A stretch of 63,625 bases of DNA, filler included, from Rhabdomonas costata (Eukaryota), in the NCBI GenBank assembly GCA_019059605.1. It is 15 parts of 15 records of this genome, joined end to end, with 100 filler letters (N's around TTAATTAATTAA, not from the genome) between each part and the next. Parts side by side here need not be neighbours in the genome. Positions count along the whole stretch, not along the records: positions 8,497 to 12,662 come from JAHMHO010000336.1; positions 12,763 to 16,910 come from JAHMHO010000337.1; positions 17,011 to 21,168 come from JAHMHO010000338.1; positions 21,269 to 25,414 come from JAHMHO010000339.1; 11 more parts are not named here. The stretch is one strand, 5' to 3'. Below are positions 11,731 through 23,685 of this stretch, piece after piece. The notes beneath the pieces were generated by a model that was given only the letters and a program-made list of their open reading frames with translations, had not been told where the DNA came from and searched no databases. The translations under genes were made by a program, and so were the position numbers. The first letter of the stretch is position 1, and every line of letters begins with the position of its first letter.

Positions 11731-14700
11731 CTTTGTCTTTTTGCTGGCCTTGTCCGCTCTTCATCCTCACCTGACCACTTCGTCACTCTTCTACGTGTTA
11801 AGCTGGATAGGACTGAGTGAAAAGCATCCTTGGAAGAGACGCTTGTCGGGCCCGTCCCGGGGTCCGCCGCTGGTTAAAGAGTCACTTATTAACTCATCAT
11901 CTTACCATTTGATCTGATCGTTGAACTATCGCTTACTTACTATTACCGTTGAAAAGACGATAGGGAACAGAACAAAGACGATAGTAACCTTTTTGTGATT
12001 TTCTTTCCCACCATTGCCTTTTCTCCAACACTCTGATGTTTTGGAATTTTGGGTGTTTTTGTATCCTCCATTAATCATTTGACATTTAGAAGGGGGGGGG
12101 GCGTGGGGACGATGTTTGCTGTAGAGGGGCCACTTTGATGTGAGACGCCCCCCCCATCCACTTCAGCTCACCGAATACGCGCTGATTGGACTGGTGCAGT
12201 GTTTTGACGCTCTCTGGCTCTTCTAAGCTCTCCGTCTTCTTTTTGTTTGCAGGTAAGAGTCCCCTGGGAACCGCCCTCTAAATGTCAGTCCGACGTGCAC
12301 CCCAGGTGCTCGCCTGCCCCAGCCCACTCCTTCCTCCCCGCTTCTCACACACGCTTGCACTAAGTCATACACCCAGAGCGAGGCCAGAGGGCGGGCTGTT
12401 TGGCCTGCTCCTGCTTCCCTTGAAGGGCCTCCTGCTCCGTCGCCTCCTCAAGTTCGAAGACCTTTTCATTTGCAAAGCGCAAATAGAGCGACACTACTGC
12501 GAGTAACCCAAAGGCGGCCCAAAGGTTGACCTGAAAGATGCAGCGAAAGTCCGGAGAGGGGAGAAATAGAAGCTGTGAGGGATGCGAAAGCGTTTCGGCC
12601 GATGTGATATGGCAACATGTTTTCCAAGAGAAGAGCAAAGCCAGCAGGAAAAAATGGACCCTNNNNNNNNNNNNNNNNNNNNNNNNNNNNNNNNNNNNNN
12701 NNNNNNTTAATTAATTAANNNNNNNNNNNNNNNNNNNNNNNNNNNNNNNNNNNNNNNNNNNNGTTGTTTGTGAATGCTGTTGTGTGTTGGGATGGATCTG
12801 ATGCCCAGGGGCTGAGGCCGCTGGTGTCGTGTAGAGGCTGAGGGCTGGCAGGGTGGCCCAATGGAAGGGGGGGGGAGTGGTATCCGTTACCAGTGGTAAC
12901 AGAAAACAGTTTTTTTTTGCTGACTTACCTTAAAACGGCGACGTAAAGTATGCCAGCATTCTCGAAATGACTAGTGACCAGTGCCCCCTAGATGATTGTT
13001 TTTGCTTAGCAGCTGAAAACTACTGCTGGCTAAGGGCTCGCCAATGGCTGGGATATGGGCGGACGAGTAGGACAGCATTAGTTTAGGGGCCGGAGCAGGC
13101 GGCTGGGGCGAAGACGTGACCTGGGGGCTCTTTTTAAATTATTCCAGTGGTCACCGTTATCACCACTCCCCCCTCCCCACTTCCATTCCACCTGCAGGGT
13201 GGGGACATCGGATGGAGAGAATGAATTTAAGAGGCTTTGGTTGGAGGGGTTTGCATGTGATATGGATGTGGGCAAAAGCTCAAAATCCAAACAATACAGT
13301 CGCAGTTTGGTTTCGTGCGGGCTATTTTCTTTTCTGAAGACAGCTTTTGTTGTGTGTTTGTCGAACACTGGGTTGCGTTCCTTACATGCTGCCTTCGCTT
13401 TCTGAAACCTCGACAGGCGAGCGAGGGAGTACCATTATACTTGAACCAAGAGCATTGAATGCATTGAATCGAAAATTCCTAGAAACTGCAGTGGTTGGGG
13501 TATCAACAACACAATCGCTAGGTACCTCTCCGCGTAAAGCTGTGTTTGCTTGTGGAGGTTTTACCTTACGCATGGTACAACACAGCATTTTCGTCTGCCG
13601 CCCACGTCTTTTTGGCCTAAAAAAGGTTCGTGACTCATACCTATCATTGACGCGCATATCACTTCTTCGCATAACTGGAAGCAGGACCACAAAATTTCAC
13701 CAGACCCTCGCATCCCTTGCACAAGTCATGGGAGTCACGCGCGAGCAGCATACGGGAGGGATTCCACCGTTCCTCCCAAGCAAACCACAGGACCGGAAGA
13801 GGAGGACCACGGGCCCACGCCCGGCGCGGAAGCTGCGGCAGAAGTAACCACCGCATTGGCAGTTATGGCGGTGAGGAAATCATCCTCAGTCTCCATCCTT
13901 TTGAAGCTCAGGCTCCGGGAAGGCAGAGGGCACCAATGGTTGGGAATGTGTGAGTGTGAGTGAGGAAGAAAAATAGAAAGCAAAGGAAAATCAAGCGGCC
14001 TGAAAGAATGAGAACAGGCAACTGGAGGCAAGCCGCAAACGCATCTGAAGGGTTTGTCTTCATACCACTGAAGGAAAGTGACGTCAAGTTTCTCTTTTGC
14101 CATCTTTTGCACGTCCGCATCTCGTAAAGAAACGCTGGGTGCACCCGACATTGCTTTCATATGGCGCTTTTTTTTACCTAGGTTTACCTTGGTGCCTACA
14201 CTTTTACGAAAATGAGAACCACCAGTGCTACTTTTGCTGTTTAACGGTGGTAAAGGTTTAACAGGGTTGTTCCTCACAGTCACTTTCTCAGCACGGGGTT
14301 GGGATAACTGTGCCTGTACTCACCAGATGATACTATTTTAGCGAAAGGGGGTTAGATTTACTGTTCTACTGCCCCTTAGATGCCGATTTTTTTTAAGCTT
14401 CGACAGTTTAACGGTGTTAAACGTTTAACGTTCGCCCCCTTCAATACAACAGCCCCTCTTTTTCTTTTGGTGAATACTCTCTTGCGGCACGATATCAGGT
14501 TGATTCGAGGCAACGTCTGGTAGAGAGGATGAGAAGTAATGGACATTGAGGTGTGGGTACCGTTCCTTGGGTGAGCGGAAGCGGAGCGGACGATTGATTT
14601 CCTTCCCCACCACCCATCGCCCCCAATGCCGCAAGGCCTTATAAGGTCAATGGCAACACTTCCAGCGAAAGTGTTGTGATGTGATCACAAGAGGAATTTA

Positions 14701-16508
14701 ACACAAAAAAGAAAAGCTAGGATGAATTGGGGTGGAAGATACAGAAACCTGAGGCTGAGAAGCACAGGTGAGAAGTACGACTGGACATCGGGGCATCGGG
14801 GTCCAACACAAAGAGCATCACAACAGAGAGAGAAAGAGAGAGAGGTTACCCACGTGCTCACGTCTGCACAACGGGAAGTGGGGGACAACGCACAACTTGG
14901 AGAATGCCGGAGACACACGCACCCACAAGGAATTGACAAACGAAAAAAAGCAGTATACAAATTCCAGCCCCCCCAAAAGAACGCAAGCAAAAGGCGGCGA
15001 ATGCGTAGAACGGTGGTGATGGTTGAGAGGTGGGGACCAGAACAACAACAACAAACAAATGCAAGAGGTGTGAAGTGAAGTGCAGTTCCTTTCGCGGTTA
15101 CAGAGCTTTCCCATCAAAAACCAGCGACTGAAATATATCAGCTCCCGTTGTTCACCGGTCTACCGCTCCCATTAAAGCATGGTGTGGTTGCGGACTTACC
15201 CGCACGGCATGCCGCGGAGATTATGGGGCCCCCCACCCCACCCCAACAACGAGCGAGTCATTACATTAACCCTTTGGAGAGGTTATATCGAAGCATATGC
15301 GACAGGTAAACGAGGGGGGGCATGCTTCATAACGGAATATTAGGCGTAACGCCGTTGCACTCGTTTAACTTTTAACTGAGCTGGCCACGCTCGCGCAGCA
15401 CGGGTTGAGGAACGAAAAACGCGCACATGTCTTTGCGATTGTCCTCATTCGTTGGACACAAGAATAAAGTGTGATCATCGGCATTTGCGTGCTTGGGTTT
15501 GGCGGACGAGTGGAATACGTTTATTGCAGGAGCGGAGGCCAGCGCCGCGACTACAAAAAGCCACCCATTTTTGAACATAAGTAGTATACCCCCTGTGGTC
15601 CACTGAGGTGTCTGGGAATCTAGCTGGCTATCTCAACCACCTCCCGCAGAGCTACCCATTTCAAGGATATCCTTAAGTTTTTTTTTGATCAGTTACTTGA
15701 GATAAGGACGGATTGGGGCGGAATGAAAAGGGATGAACATCAAGGGAGCGGGTCAGCAAACACAAGAGAGGACTTGACGAACGAGGGGCCACCGGAGCGG
15801 GCAGGAGGCCCGCATCGGCAGCCGTTGGTGGGGGTTGGCGGATTCTCACAGAGCTTGGGCGGAAACGGGGGCGGAAGTACGGAAGATGGAACGCACGGTG
15901 GGGATCTTGAAGTCCAAGTGGATCACGTTCTGGGCATAGCCCCCCCACCCCCCAAAGGGTGAAGCCCGTCCAAAACCAGGGAACATAGCCATGTAAACCC
16001 CTGCACCGCAGCTATTCAAATTGTGGCCGATAGTTGCCACGAAGTCCTGAAGTTCCGGATGGGACAAAGCAGAGAAATTATCAGCCCGGCGACCACGCGG
16101 TAACAGGGGCATTCACACATTCACTCACTCAAGCTCCATCTCCATCTCTGTAAGTCTTGGTGGGTAAGATTAATAAGTGTCATATTTAGCTGCAGTCTCA
16201 TGTCATCAGGCCTTCCCCACCTGCATCAATGCGTTGCTTTCGCACCTTCACTGTGTGCTGAAATAGTGTTTTCCACTTTTGTTGAGACTGCTTCTCCCTC
16301 CTCCCTTCTCTCCTTCCGAGCAATGGCCGCAGGTCACCTCACGCGATCCAATTGAAATACAGAAGCCAGGGTAATCAGTAACGGCTACCACTGGTTACCA
16401 GTGGTGGTGCGGAGATTTAGTATTTGACTCGAACTGCAACCACTGCGAAAGCCATGAGAACCATGCATTAAAAAGTTCGTCCAAAGGCCCCCAGACCCCC
16501 CGCCGCAC

Positions 16509-16811
16509 CTCTCGGACGTGTGGGGAGAGCCACATGGAATCGCTGGAGGTCAGCACGTGCTCCGTAGGGGAGGCGTCCCCGGAGCCCAGCGCGGGCAGGG
16601 CCACCGTTGTGGCGGGAAGCATGAAGGAGGAGGTGGTGGAAAAGTTCGCCTGCAGCTCCGGGGCGCTACCCACGCGGGGAAGCCCGGAGCCCCGGCGGCC
16701 CTGTCCCAACCGCAGCTGCAGCTCCGTGGGTGCGGCGGACAAAGGCACGGTCATCATGCTGCTGAAGGTGCTGGGGGAGCGGCTTCGGCTGGAGAAGGCC
16801 TCGATGTGGCT
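16509..16811 (-). CDS. Isolated internal exon, Ser/Pro-rich hypothetical protein
   Basis: 303-nt GC-rich open frame (SHIEAFSSRSRSPST...PHVRE) bounded by ctcag| and |gtgcgg, phase 0-0. Confidence 0.55.
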
Positions 16812-16835
16812 CTGAGGCAATGCGCAAGGGATAAA

Positions 16836-16903
16836 GGGAGCAGTCCTGGTCAAGTGCAAACCAGGGAGTCCTTCCTGATTTGCACTTGACCAGGACTGCT
16901 CCC
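16836..16903. repeat. Terminal hairpin with 25-bp perfect arms
   Basis: 16836-16860 is the reverse complement of 16879-16903, 7 nt from the contig end. Confidence 0.9.
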
Positions 16904-17189
16904 CAAAAACNNNNNNNNNNNNNNNNNNNNNNNNNNNNNNNNNNNNNNNNNNNNTTAATTAATTAANNNNNNNNNNNNNNNNNNNNNNNNNNNNNNNNNN
17001 NNNNNNNNNNTGTTTTGTGGAGGATGGGATCCTAGGTCTATTCCCCCTCAGCTTGTTCCCTGTTCCCTGGGTCTCAGGGACTTGAGTTGCTCTCCTCTTG
17101 GGTGTGTGCACTCCAGTGCGTAAGCCGCGTTGTTCAGACAGGAGTTGCCCGCCCGCTGTCTCCAGCCCTCCCTCCTATTTCTCCTGCAG

Positions 17190-17294
17190 GAATCGCCTGA
17201 GCAGTACCGTGCTCACCTCGAGGCCACTGTGGATACCCTCTCCGCGCGTGTGCAGGCGCTGGAGGCCGAGCTAGCTCTTGTGAAGCGCTGCCTG
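17190..17294 (+). CDS. Isolated coiled-coil exon
   Basis: ctgcag|ESPEQYRAHLEATVDTLSARVQALEAELALVKRCL|gtgcag; heptad pattern. Confidence 0.5.
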
Positions 17295-18127
17295 GTGCAG
17301 CACCTCTGCCTCCCCTCCGGTCTGCTACTGCACATACCCGCCTGCGTGCCTGCTGTGGGAGAGCGGCGTCCGTTGTGGGCTTCTCAACGCCCCCCACCCA
17401 CCCAACATTCACGCACACACATGTGGCTAATTTTGAAAATTGCCACCCTTGGGTGATGATATTCCTCGAGGCCATTGGAACGAAGGCGCCAACGCATTAG
17501 ATGGGTCGCTGGTGGTGATACTAGATCTGAATCTGCCGTATTCAGGCATCCCACCTTTACCTTACCTTACCTATTCAGGGTGCGGCTACAAGAAACCAGA
17601 TTGCTCTGCACTTTCAACATTTTAGACTGCCAGCACCGCGATCCTCCCCCCCAACTGCAGAGCTGCCTCTGTAAGTGTAGCTAACCAACGCAATGGCAGG
17701 TAACAATCCGACTCTGACAGACTCCCCTGGTCCTCTGATGGTTCATCTTTGTAAATTTTCCGGGTGTTTCCCATTGAGTACATGTCGAACATGCCCCTCC
17801 AAGTGTACTGCTCTCTCGCTTTCTTGTAGAGAACTTCCCATCGCCAGATTCATATCTAAAATCCCCATTCCTCCCGGACTAATGTCGGCGTTTACGGACT
17901 CGCCGGGGCGCCATGGCGTTTGGTAATATTCGGAACACCTGTGCCAGACGCAAGGAGAAGGCGAGAATATAAATGGCACTTGTGGAGCAGTGTATCAAAG
18001 GTCAGAGGAGAGATTATTAGATCTCGCAGGGGGTTAGGACGAGTTGTATCTGGAGGGGGGAACTTTAGGTTCCCCCCCCCCCCGGGAACTTGTTTCGTGT
18101 TAGGGTTCTTTACACAGCTCTTTCACC

Positions 18128-18811
18128 ATGTTTACTGTTGATGATCTGACTGCTCTTTGCTCTGACCAAGATGCCTTACGAAATTGGCTGACTGATCTGG
18201 GCTTCCAGGACAGAAAACCTGCTTCGTGTCCAAAATGTGGTGGTGAGCTATATGATGAGCTGTGCTTGCATCGTGAAAAGCAGCACTGGAGATGCAACGA
18301 AAAGGCTGTTATAAGCTCATTCCAGTACAGTCTGGACAGCTTGAGGGCTCCAAGCACCCGCCGAAGAAGATACCTCAAGTGCTGTATGTCTGGGCGAGGG
18401 ATACCCACCATATGGACCAACTGCTGGGCCTGGACAGAAAGACTGTTGCTGACTGGTCAGCACGCCTACCGTTGTGTGCACGCCTACGGTTGTCTGCGGC
18501 AAATGGTTTGGATGCTGAGAACTTAACTGTGGGAGGCCGTTCTCACGCGTGGAAGCTGATGAAACAGAGATTGGGCGTAGGCAGAAGGGTGTCCACGGTC
18601 ACAAAACTCTAGTCAAGCGGGGACATATGGGGTTGTGTGGGCCGTGAGTCTGGTGTTCTCATTTTGGAGGTGTACGACAAGGTCAAAGCGGGTGACCTTT
18701 GGGAAAGGAGGTTTGGACCTCCTAGGGCGGATGAGCTCACCACGTTGTGCGAGCATTACATCAGAAAGGGCTCCACAATGTATACTGATGGCGCAAGGGC
18801 CTACGTGATCA
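18128..18811 (+). mobile_element. Merlin / IS1595 (ISXO2)-type DDE transposase, frameshifted, 3' part lost in the gap
   Basis: Joining frames gives CPKCG...WRC.KGC (zinc ribbon), LLGLDRKTVADW (HTH-like), VGG..VEADETEIGRRQKG, IWGCVGRESG, and YIRKGSTMYTDGARAY, matching IS1595/Merlin motifs. Frameshifts at about 18300, 18545 and 18620. Confidence 0.88.
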
Positions 18812-19626
18812 NNNNNNNNNNNNNNNNNNNNNNNNNNNNNNNNNNNNNNNNNNNNNNNNNNNNNNNNNNNNNNNNNNNNNNNNNNNNNNNNNNNNNNNNN
18901 NNNNNNNNNNNNNNNNNNNNNNNNNNNNNNNNNNNNNNNNNNNNNNNNNNNNNNNNNNNNNNNNNNNNNNNNNNNNNNNNNNNNNNNNNNNNNNNNNNNN
19001 NNNNNNNNNNNNNNNNNNNNNNNNNNNNNNNNNNNNNNNNNNNNNNNNNNNNNNNNNNNNNNNNNNNNNNNNNNNNNNNNNNNNNNNNNNNNNNNNNNNN
19101 NNNNNNNNNNNNNNNNNNNNNNNNNNNNNNNNNNNNNNNNNNNNNNNNNNNNNNNNNNNNNNNNNNNNNNNNNNNNNNNNNNNNNNNNNNNNNNNNNNNN
19201 NNNNNNNNNNNNNNNNNNNNNNNNNNNNNNNNNNNNNNNNNNNNNNNNNNNNNNNNNNNNNNNNNNNNNNNNNNNNNNNNNNNNNNNNNNNNNNNNNNNN
19301 NNNNNNNNNNNNNNNNNNNNNNNNNNNNNNNNNNNNNNNNNNNNNNNNNNNNNNNNNNNNNNNNNNNNNNNNNNNNNNNNNNNNNNNNNNNNNNNNNNNN
19401 NNNNNNNNNNNNNNNNNNNNNNNNNNNNNNNNNNNNNNNNNNNNNNNNNNNNNNNNNNNNNNNNNNNNNNNNNNNNNNNNNNNNNNNNNNNNNNNNNNNN
19501 NNNNNNNNNNNNNNNNNNNNNNNNNNNNNNNNNNNNNNNNNNNNNNNNNNNNNNNNNNNNNNNNNNNNNNNNNNNNNNNNNNNNNNNNNNNNNNNNNNNN
19601 NNNNNNNNNNNNNNNNNNNNNNNNNN
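18812..19626. other. Scaffold gap inside contig 5
   Basis: 815 N with no TTAA linker. Confidence 0.95.
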
Positions 19627-19656
19627 CACACACACACCCTCCCGCCGCCCCTGAGA

Positions 19657-21012
19657 ATGTCTGCGCTTTCCGAGGATGCCTTGGTGTGGTGCTTTCGGTT
19701 CCTGGGACTAAAGCCGCAGCTCGCCCTGCGGCTGGTGTCCCGGCATTTTCGAGGACTGGTGGATGCGGTCCTGGCACCGGAGTGGAGGGTTGTGCTTCAC
19801 TTCTTACCGACCCTACAGGTCCCTACCGCTGCGGAAACACCTCCCGGAAGCATGTGGGTTGGATGTCCCGCTGGGGGAATATCGGTGAAAAGCAGTAACG
19901 ATCTGCACCGTTTGATTGAGGTTGGTGCAGAGCATGCTGCACGGTCCTCATGCTCTTTCTTTCCCAACCTGACTTGCTTGGATATGCGCCACACCTTCCT
20001 CACACCCCCGGGAATGGAAGCTTTTGCGACATCGTCTTTCTTCCCCAAGCTCACCTCCTTGGATGTGTCCGACAACCACCTCTTGGCAGCCGGAATGGAA
20101 GCTTTTGCGGCGTCTCCTTTCTTCCCCAAGCTCACCTCTTTGGACGTGACCGGCAACAGCATCGGGGCAGCAGGAATGAAAGCACTTGCTTTGTCCTCTT
20201 CCCTCCCCAACCTCACTTTCTTAAATGTTGGGCACAACCAGATCAAGGTTGGTGGAATGGAAGCACTTGCGGCAAGCTCTTTCTTCCCCAATCTCACCAC
20301 GCTGGTTGTTGGGCACAACCAAATCGGGGCAACAGGAATGAAAGCATTTGCGGCATGCTCCTTCTTCCCCAATGTCAGGTCCTTGTTTGTGAGCAGCAAC
20401 CATATCAAGGATGCAGGAATGAAAGCCCTTGCTGCAAGCTCTTTCTTCCCGAACCTCACCTCCTTAGATGTGAGTGACAACGACGTGGAGGGAACCGGGA
20501 TGCAAGCTCTTGCGGCATCCTCTTTCTTCCCAAAGCTTACCTCCTTGAATTTTTCGGAAAACATCATCAAGGCTGCGGAAATGGAAGCACTGGCGGCATC
20601 CTCTTATTTCCACAACCTCACGTCCTTGAATGCGAGTCACAACGTGATCATGGATGCAGGAATGCAAGCGCTTGCCGCGTCATCTTTCTTCCCCAACCTC
20701 ACCTCCTTGAATGCAAGCAATAACTTTATCCAGGATGCTGGATTGCAGGCCCTTGCAGCATCCTCTTTCTTCCCCAAACTCTCTTCGTTAAATTTGAAGG
20801 GAAACCCTATCAAGGATGCAGGTATGATAGCCCTTGCCACCTCCTCCTCCTTCCCCAACCTCACCTCCTTGTCCATGAGCGGCAGTCGAATTCGGGATGC
20901 AGGAATCGAAGCTCTTGCTGCATCCCCTTTCTTCCCCAACCTCACCTTCTTGGATGTGCAGCGCAGCGGGATTGGGGCCAGTGGGATAGAAGCTCGGCCA
21001 TTGCCTTTCTAG
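19657..21012 (+). CDS. F-box-like plus 13 x 27-aa leucine-rich repeat protein (RNI/GALA-like)
   Basis: N-terminus LSEDALVWCFRFLG...LRLVSRHFRGLV (F-box pattern). 81-nt tandem units encode SFFPNLTSLDVSxNxIxxAGMxALAAS. No introns. Confidence 0.9.
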   Translation: MSALSEDALVWCFRFLGLKPQLALRLVSRHFRGLVDAVLAPEWRVVLHFLPTLQVPTAAETPPGSMWVGCPAGGISVKSSNDLHRLIEVGAEHAARSSCSFFPNLTCLDMRHTFLTPPGMEAFATSSFFPKLTSLDVSDNHLLAAGMEAFAASPFFPKLTSLDVTGNSIGAAGMKALALSSSLPNLTFLNVGHNQIKVGGMEALAASSFFPNLTTLVVGHNQIGATGMKAFAACSFFPNVRSLFVSSNHIKDAGMKALAASSFFPNLTSLDVSDNDVEGTGMQALAASSFFPKLTSLNFSENIIKAAEMEALAASSYFHNLTSLNASHNVIMDAGMQALAASSFFPNLTSLNASNNFIQDAGLQALAASSFFPKLSSLNLKGNPIKDAGMIALATSSSFPNLTSLSMSGSRIRDAGIEALAASPFFPNLTFLDVQRSGIGASGIEARPLPF

Positions 21013-21697
21013 CCCCAAAATTGAAAAGTTGAAAGGAATCATTGGGCCTGGTGAAGGATTTGGTTGAGCAGGTCTATATATTCACGCAGTTACACCGACA
21101 CAGTTTCTTCGTATCTTGTTTTACAGTGGACAGGTAAAACAATCGAACCGCCCCGTCACACGAATTAGNNNNNNNNNNNNNNNNNNNNNNNNNNNNNNNN
21201 NNNNNNNNNNNNTTAATTAATTAANNNNNNNNNNNNNNNNNNNNNNNNNNNNNNNNNNNNNNNNNNNNGTTTGTTGGTCTTTTCATGGAACAAGGTTTTG
21301 TAGGTTTTCAGGGAGAGGATCTTGTGAAACTCAGGATTTTAAAAATTGCACATAACGGTCCGCAGAACGTCCAGACTGGTCAAACGCGAGGTATGAGCAA
21401 GGGAGGTTTCGGGTGGGTCTTGAACCTTACCGAACGATATTTCCTCCTCATTACGCCTTCTTCTTCTTCTTTGCAAAGGCCTTGAAGTAATGGAGCCCTT
21501 TGGTGATGTGACGCCTGTTGGGAGCCTTTTCCGCGCCTTTTCCCGTCCTTCATCTTTCCTTTTCCCCTTCTTTCTTATAAATGATCCCTTTTCACTTTTG
21601 CTTTGACTTTCGAACTGATTGCTATGCCTAAATTTGGCGCTTTTCTTGTGTACACCCTTTTATCGCCCACTTTACCGGTTTGTTTGCGTTGTTGCAG

Positions 21698-23089
21698 GAA
21701 CTCATGCGGAGCTCCTCAAGCAACGTGGCGTGTACTTCGACCTGGTGGAGGCATCTCCGAACTCGCCCACGCCCAACTCCGCCTCCCTGACCAACACTCC
21801 TCCCACACGACCGCAGCCGTCTCGGCTGCAAACCCTCATCAATGAAAAAGAGGACCAGGATTGTTGTTGGATCAAGGCATGTGCACGCACAGCGTGTTCT
21901 GTAGGGCGCGTGCACAGGGTGTGCAAGGAGATGAGACTGGTTCGCAAGCAGAGAATCGCATCTTTTTTCTGGGCTTCAAAAATGAGTAGTTGGTATCGCC
22001 CAAGAAACGAGATCTTCAATCTCCAAGGTTTTTCCAATTGTCCTGGCATTATGTTTGGTTATTGAATATTTATTTGGGTTATTTTATTTGACCTAGAAAA
22101 AGGGAAAAAAGGAGTGTTATCTGGGTTAGCAGCACGGATGCTCATTTCTTTTTCATTATGTATTTTAAGAGCAGACATTTTTGAACTTTGTAAAAGTAGA
22201 CACAGGAAGATAGATGAGCGGTGTAGGTTGTCCCCGCCCACCCCCTTCTTCCTTCCCGGCTCGCAGTCACAGTCGCAGGTCACACGCTGCGACTCCGTGT
22301 GCTTCGAGGAGGAGGGCGCGCGGCTGCAGAACCGCAGCCACACCGTGGACAGCGCGGTGGTGTGCGGGTTCAGCCGCGAGGTGGCCTGCCTGGCCCGCAA
22401 GCTGCACGATCTGCACATCCACTCCAACCCCTTGGAGTACCACCGCGACGTCCGAATGGCTGTGGAGAAGGCTGTGCCACCCTCCCGTCGCCCGCTGTTT
22501 TTGTTTCTGAACTCTGCGATATGTGTTTAATTCGGGTATACAATGCCTTTTTTGTATAGCAATCTGGGCTTGAATGAGAGCAATGCAGGCGGAAATGTGT
22601 GTGTGTGTGTTTACTGGGTTTTACTGGGAAGAGAGATAGACCTTTCTCGGTCTTCATTATCAGTCTCGCAACTGCTCGGCTTATGTCCCCAATCAGGCAC
22701 CTGCTGGCCCCCATGTTTCACAGGGGAAGATGTGGTTGGGGCCAGAGTTGCCTTCAGCCCGATATCCGGGACTGTGGGTGTCGTGCACCCCCGTCCCTCC
22801 CATCAGCCCCACACACTGCACCATGTGCTTCGGGTGCACCAATGGTTTGTTTTGTGTTTTTCGCTCACCATTTTGGGCAATGATGCCACAGGTCATTTCG
22901 GGGCTGCAAGACGCCGCCCGACGGATGGGGTCCACCAGTAGCTGGGAGTGCGCTGCCATGTCTCAGATGTCGCGCTCGCGCCTCAACTGCATGACCTCTG
23001 GCTTCGGGAGGTCCTCGCTGAAGGATGAGCCTCTCTCCCCCCACACCCCTAACTCCCTCTCCGCCTTCTCGATGGAGTTTGGCGTGTGA
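21698..23089 (+). CDS. 3' exons of an ABC transporter (ABCB-like NBD tail) with a C-terminal extension
   Basis: Exon 21698-21876 begins GTHAELLKQRGVYFDLV, the typical end of an ABCB nucleotide-binding domain. Phase-0 exons ~22279-22470 and 22892-23089 (TGA) follow; their linkage to the first exon is inferred. Confidence 0.65.
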
Positions 23090-23685
23090 GCGTTAGCGCG
23101 AGGCCTTTTTTAAGTTTTTCTTTCGGGGTATATAGCTCTGCTTTCGCGGCGGCGGCACGATCTGGAGCTCTGCCCGTCTACCGCTCTACCGCCGTGTGTT
23201 TTTGTGCGAAGTGGTGGAGCTGACTTGTGATGGAAGTGTTGTTGCCGCCGTTGAGAAGTGGTGGTATCGGAATATGCAAACACATCACGAGAATTGCTGC
23301 GTTGGGGAGTGTGGCGAAGTCCGTCTGTCGAAGTCCGTCTGGGCAATGGACCCACAGGATGCGCCTCGGGAGTTGATACATGCCAGTTCGCGCACACTGT
23401 CCAATTGCTGGGTAACTTGCGATTATTTTTAGACGAGGTCTGATATTCTGGCTGCTTCCTTGTCATCATGTTCCAATGCCTGATCACCAAGGCCGCACAC
23501 ATACAACCAGAGGTCAGGTGTGCGCTGGTGCATTATTAGTGCAATGTTGTCTCTGCTGCTCGAACACCTTGGCTCTGGCTTGAGCTTTTTCTCGCTTCCA
23601 ATTTTCATTACCACTTTTCTTGAATTACCTGTGTTGCTGCCTTTTTTTTTTCTTCAGGTTTTTACTGTGTGTACTTTTGTCCGCA

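Noticed and set aside
12876-16392. 15-bp inverted match (12876-12890 / 16378-16392) as transposon TIRs
   Set aside because: Short, no TSD and no transposase between them; more likely a dispersed short repeat.
16836-16903. Hairpin with CAG...CTG ends resembling a euglenid nonconventional intron
   Set aside because: It does not interrupt a recognisable exon, sits at the contig end, and has an imperfect inner stem that could have primed fold-back.
18637-21012. 791-aa transposase-LRR fusion ORF
   Set aside because: It reads through 815 N. The LRR gene has its own ATG and F-box at 19657.
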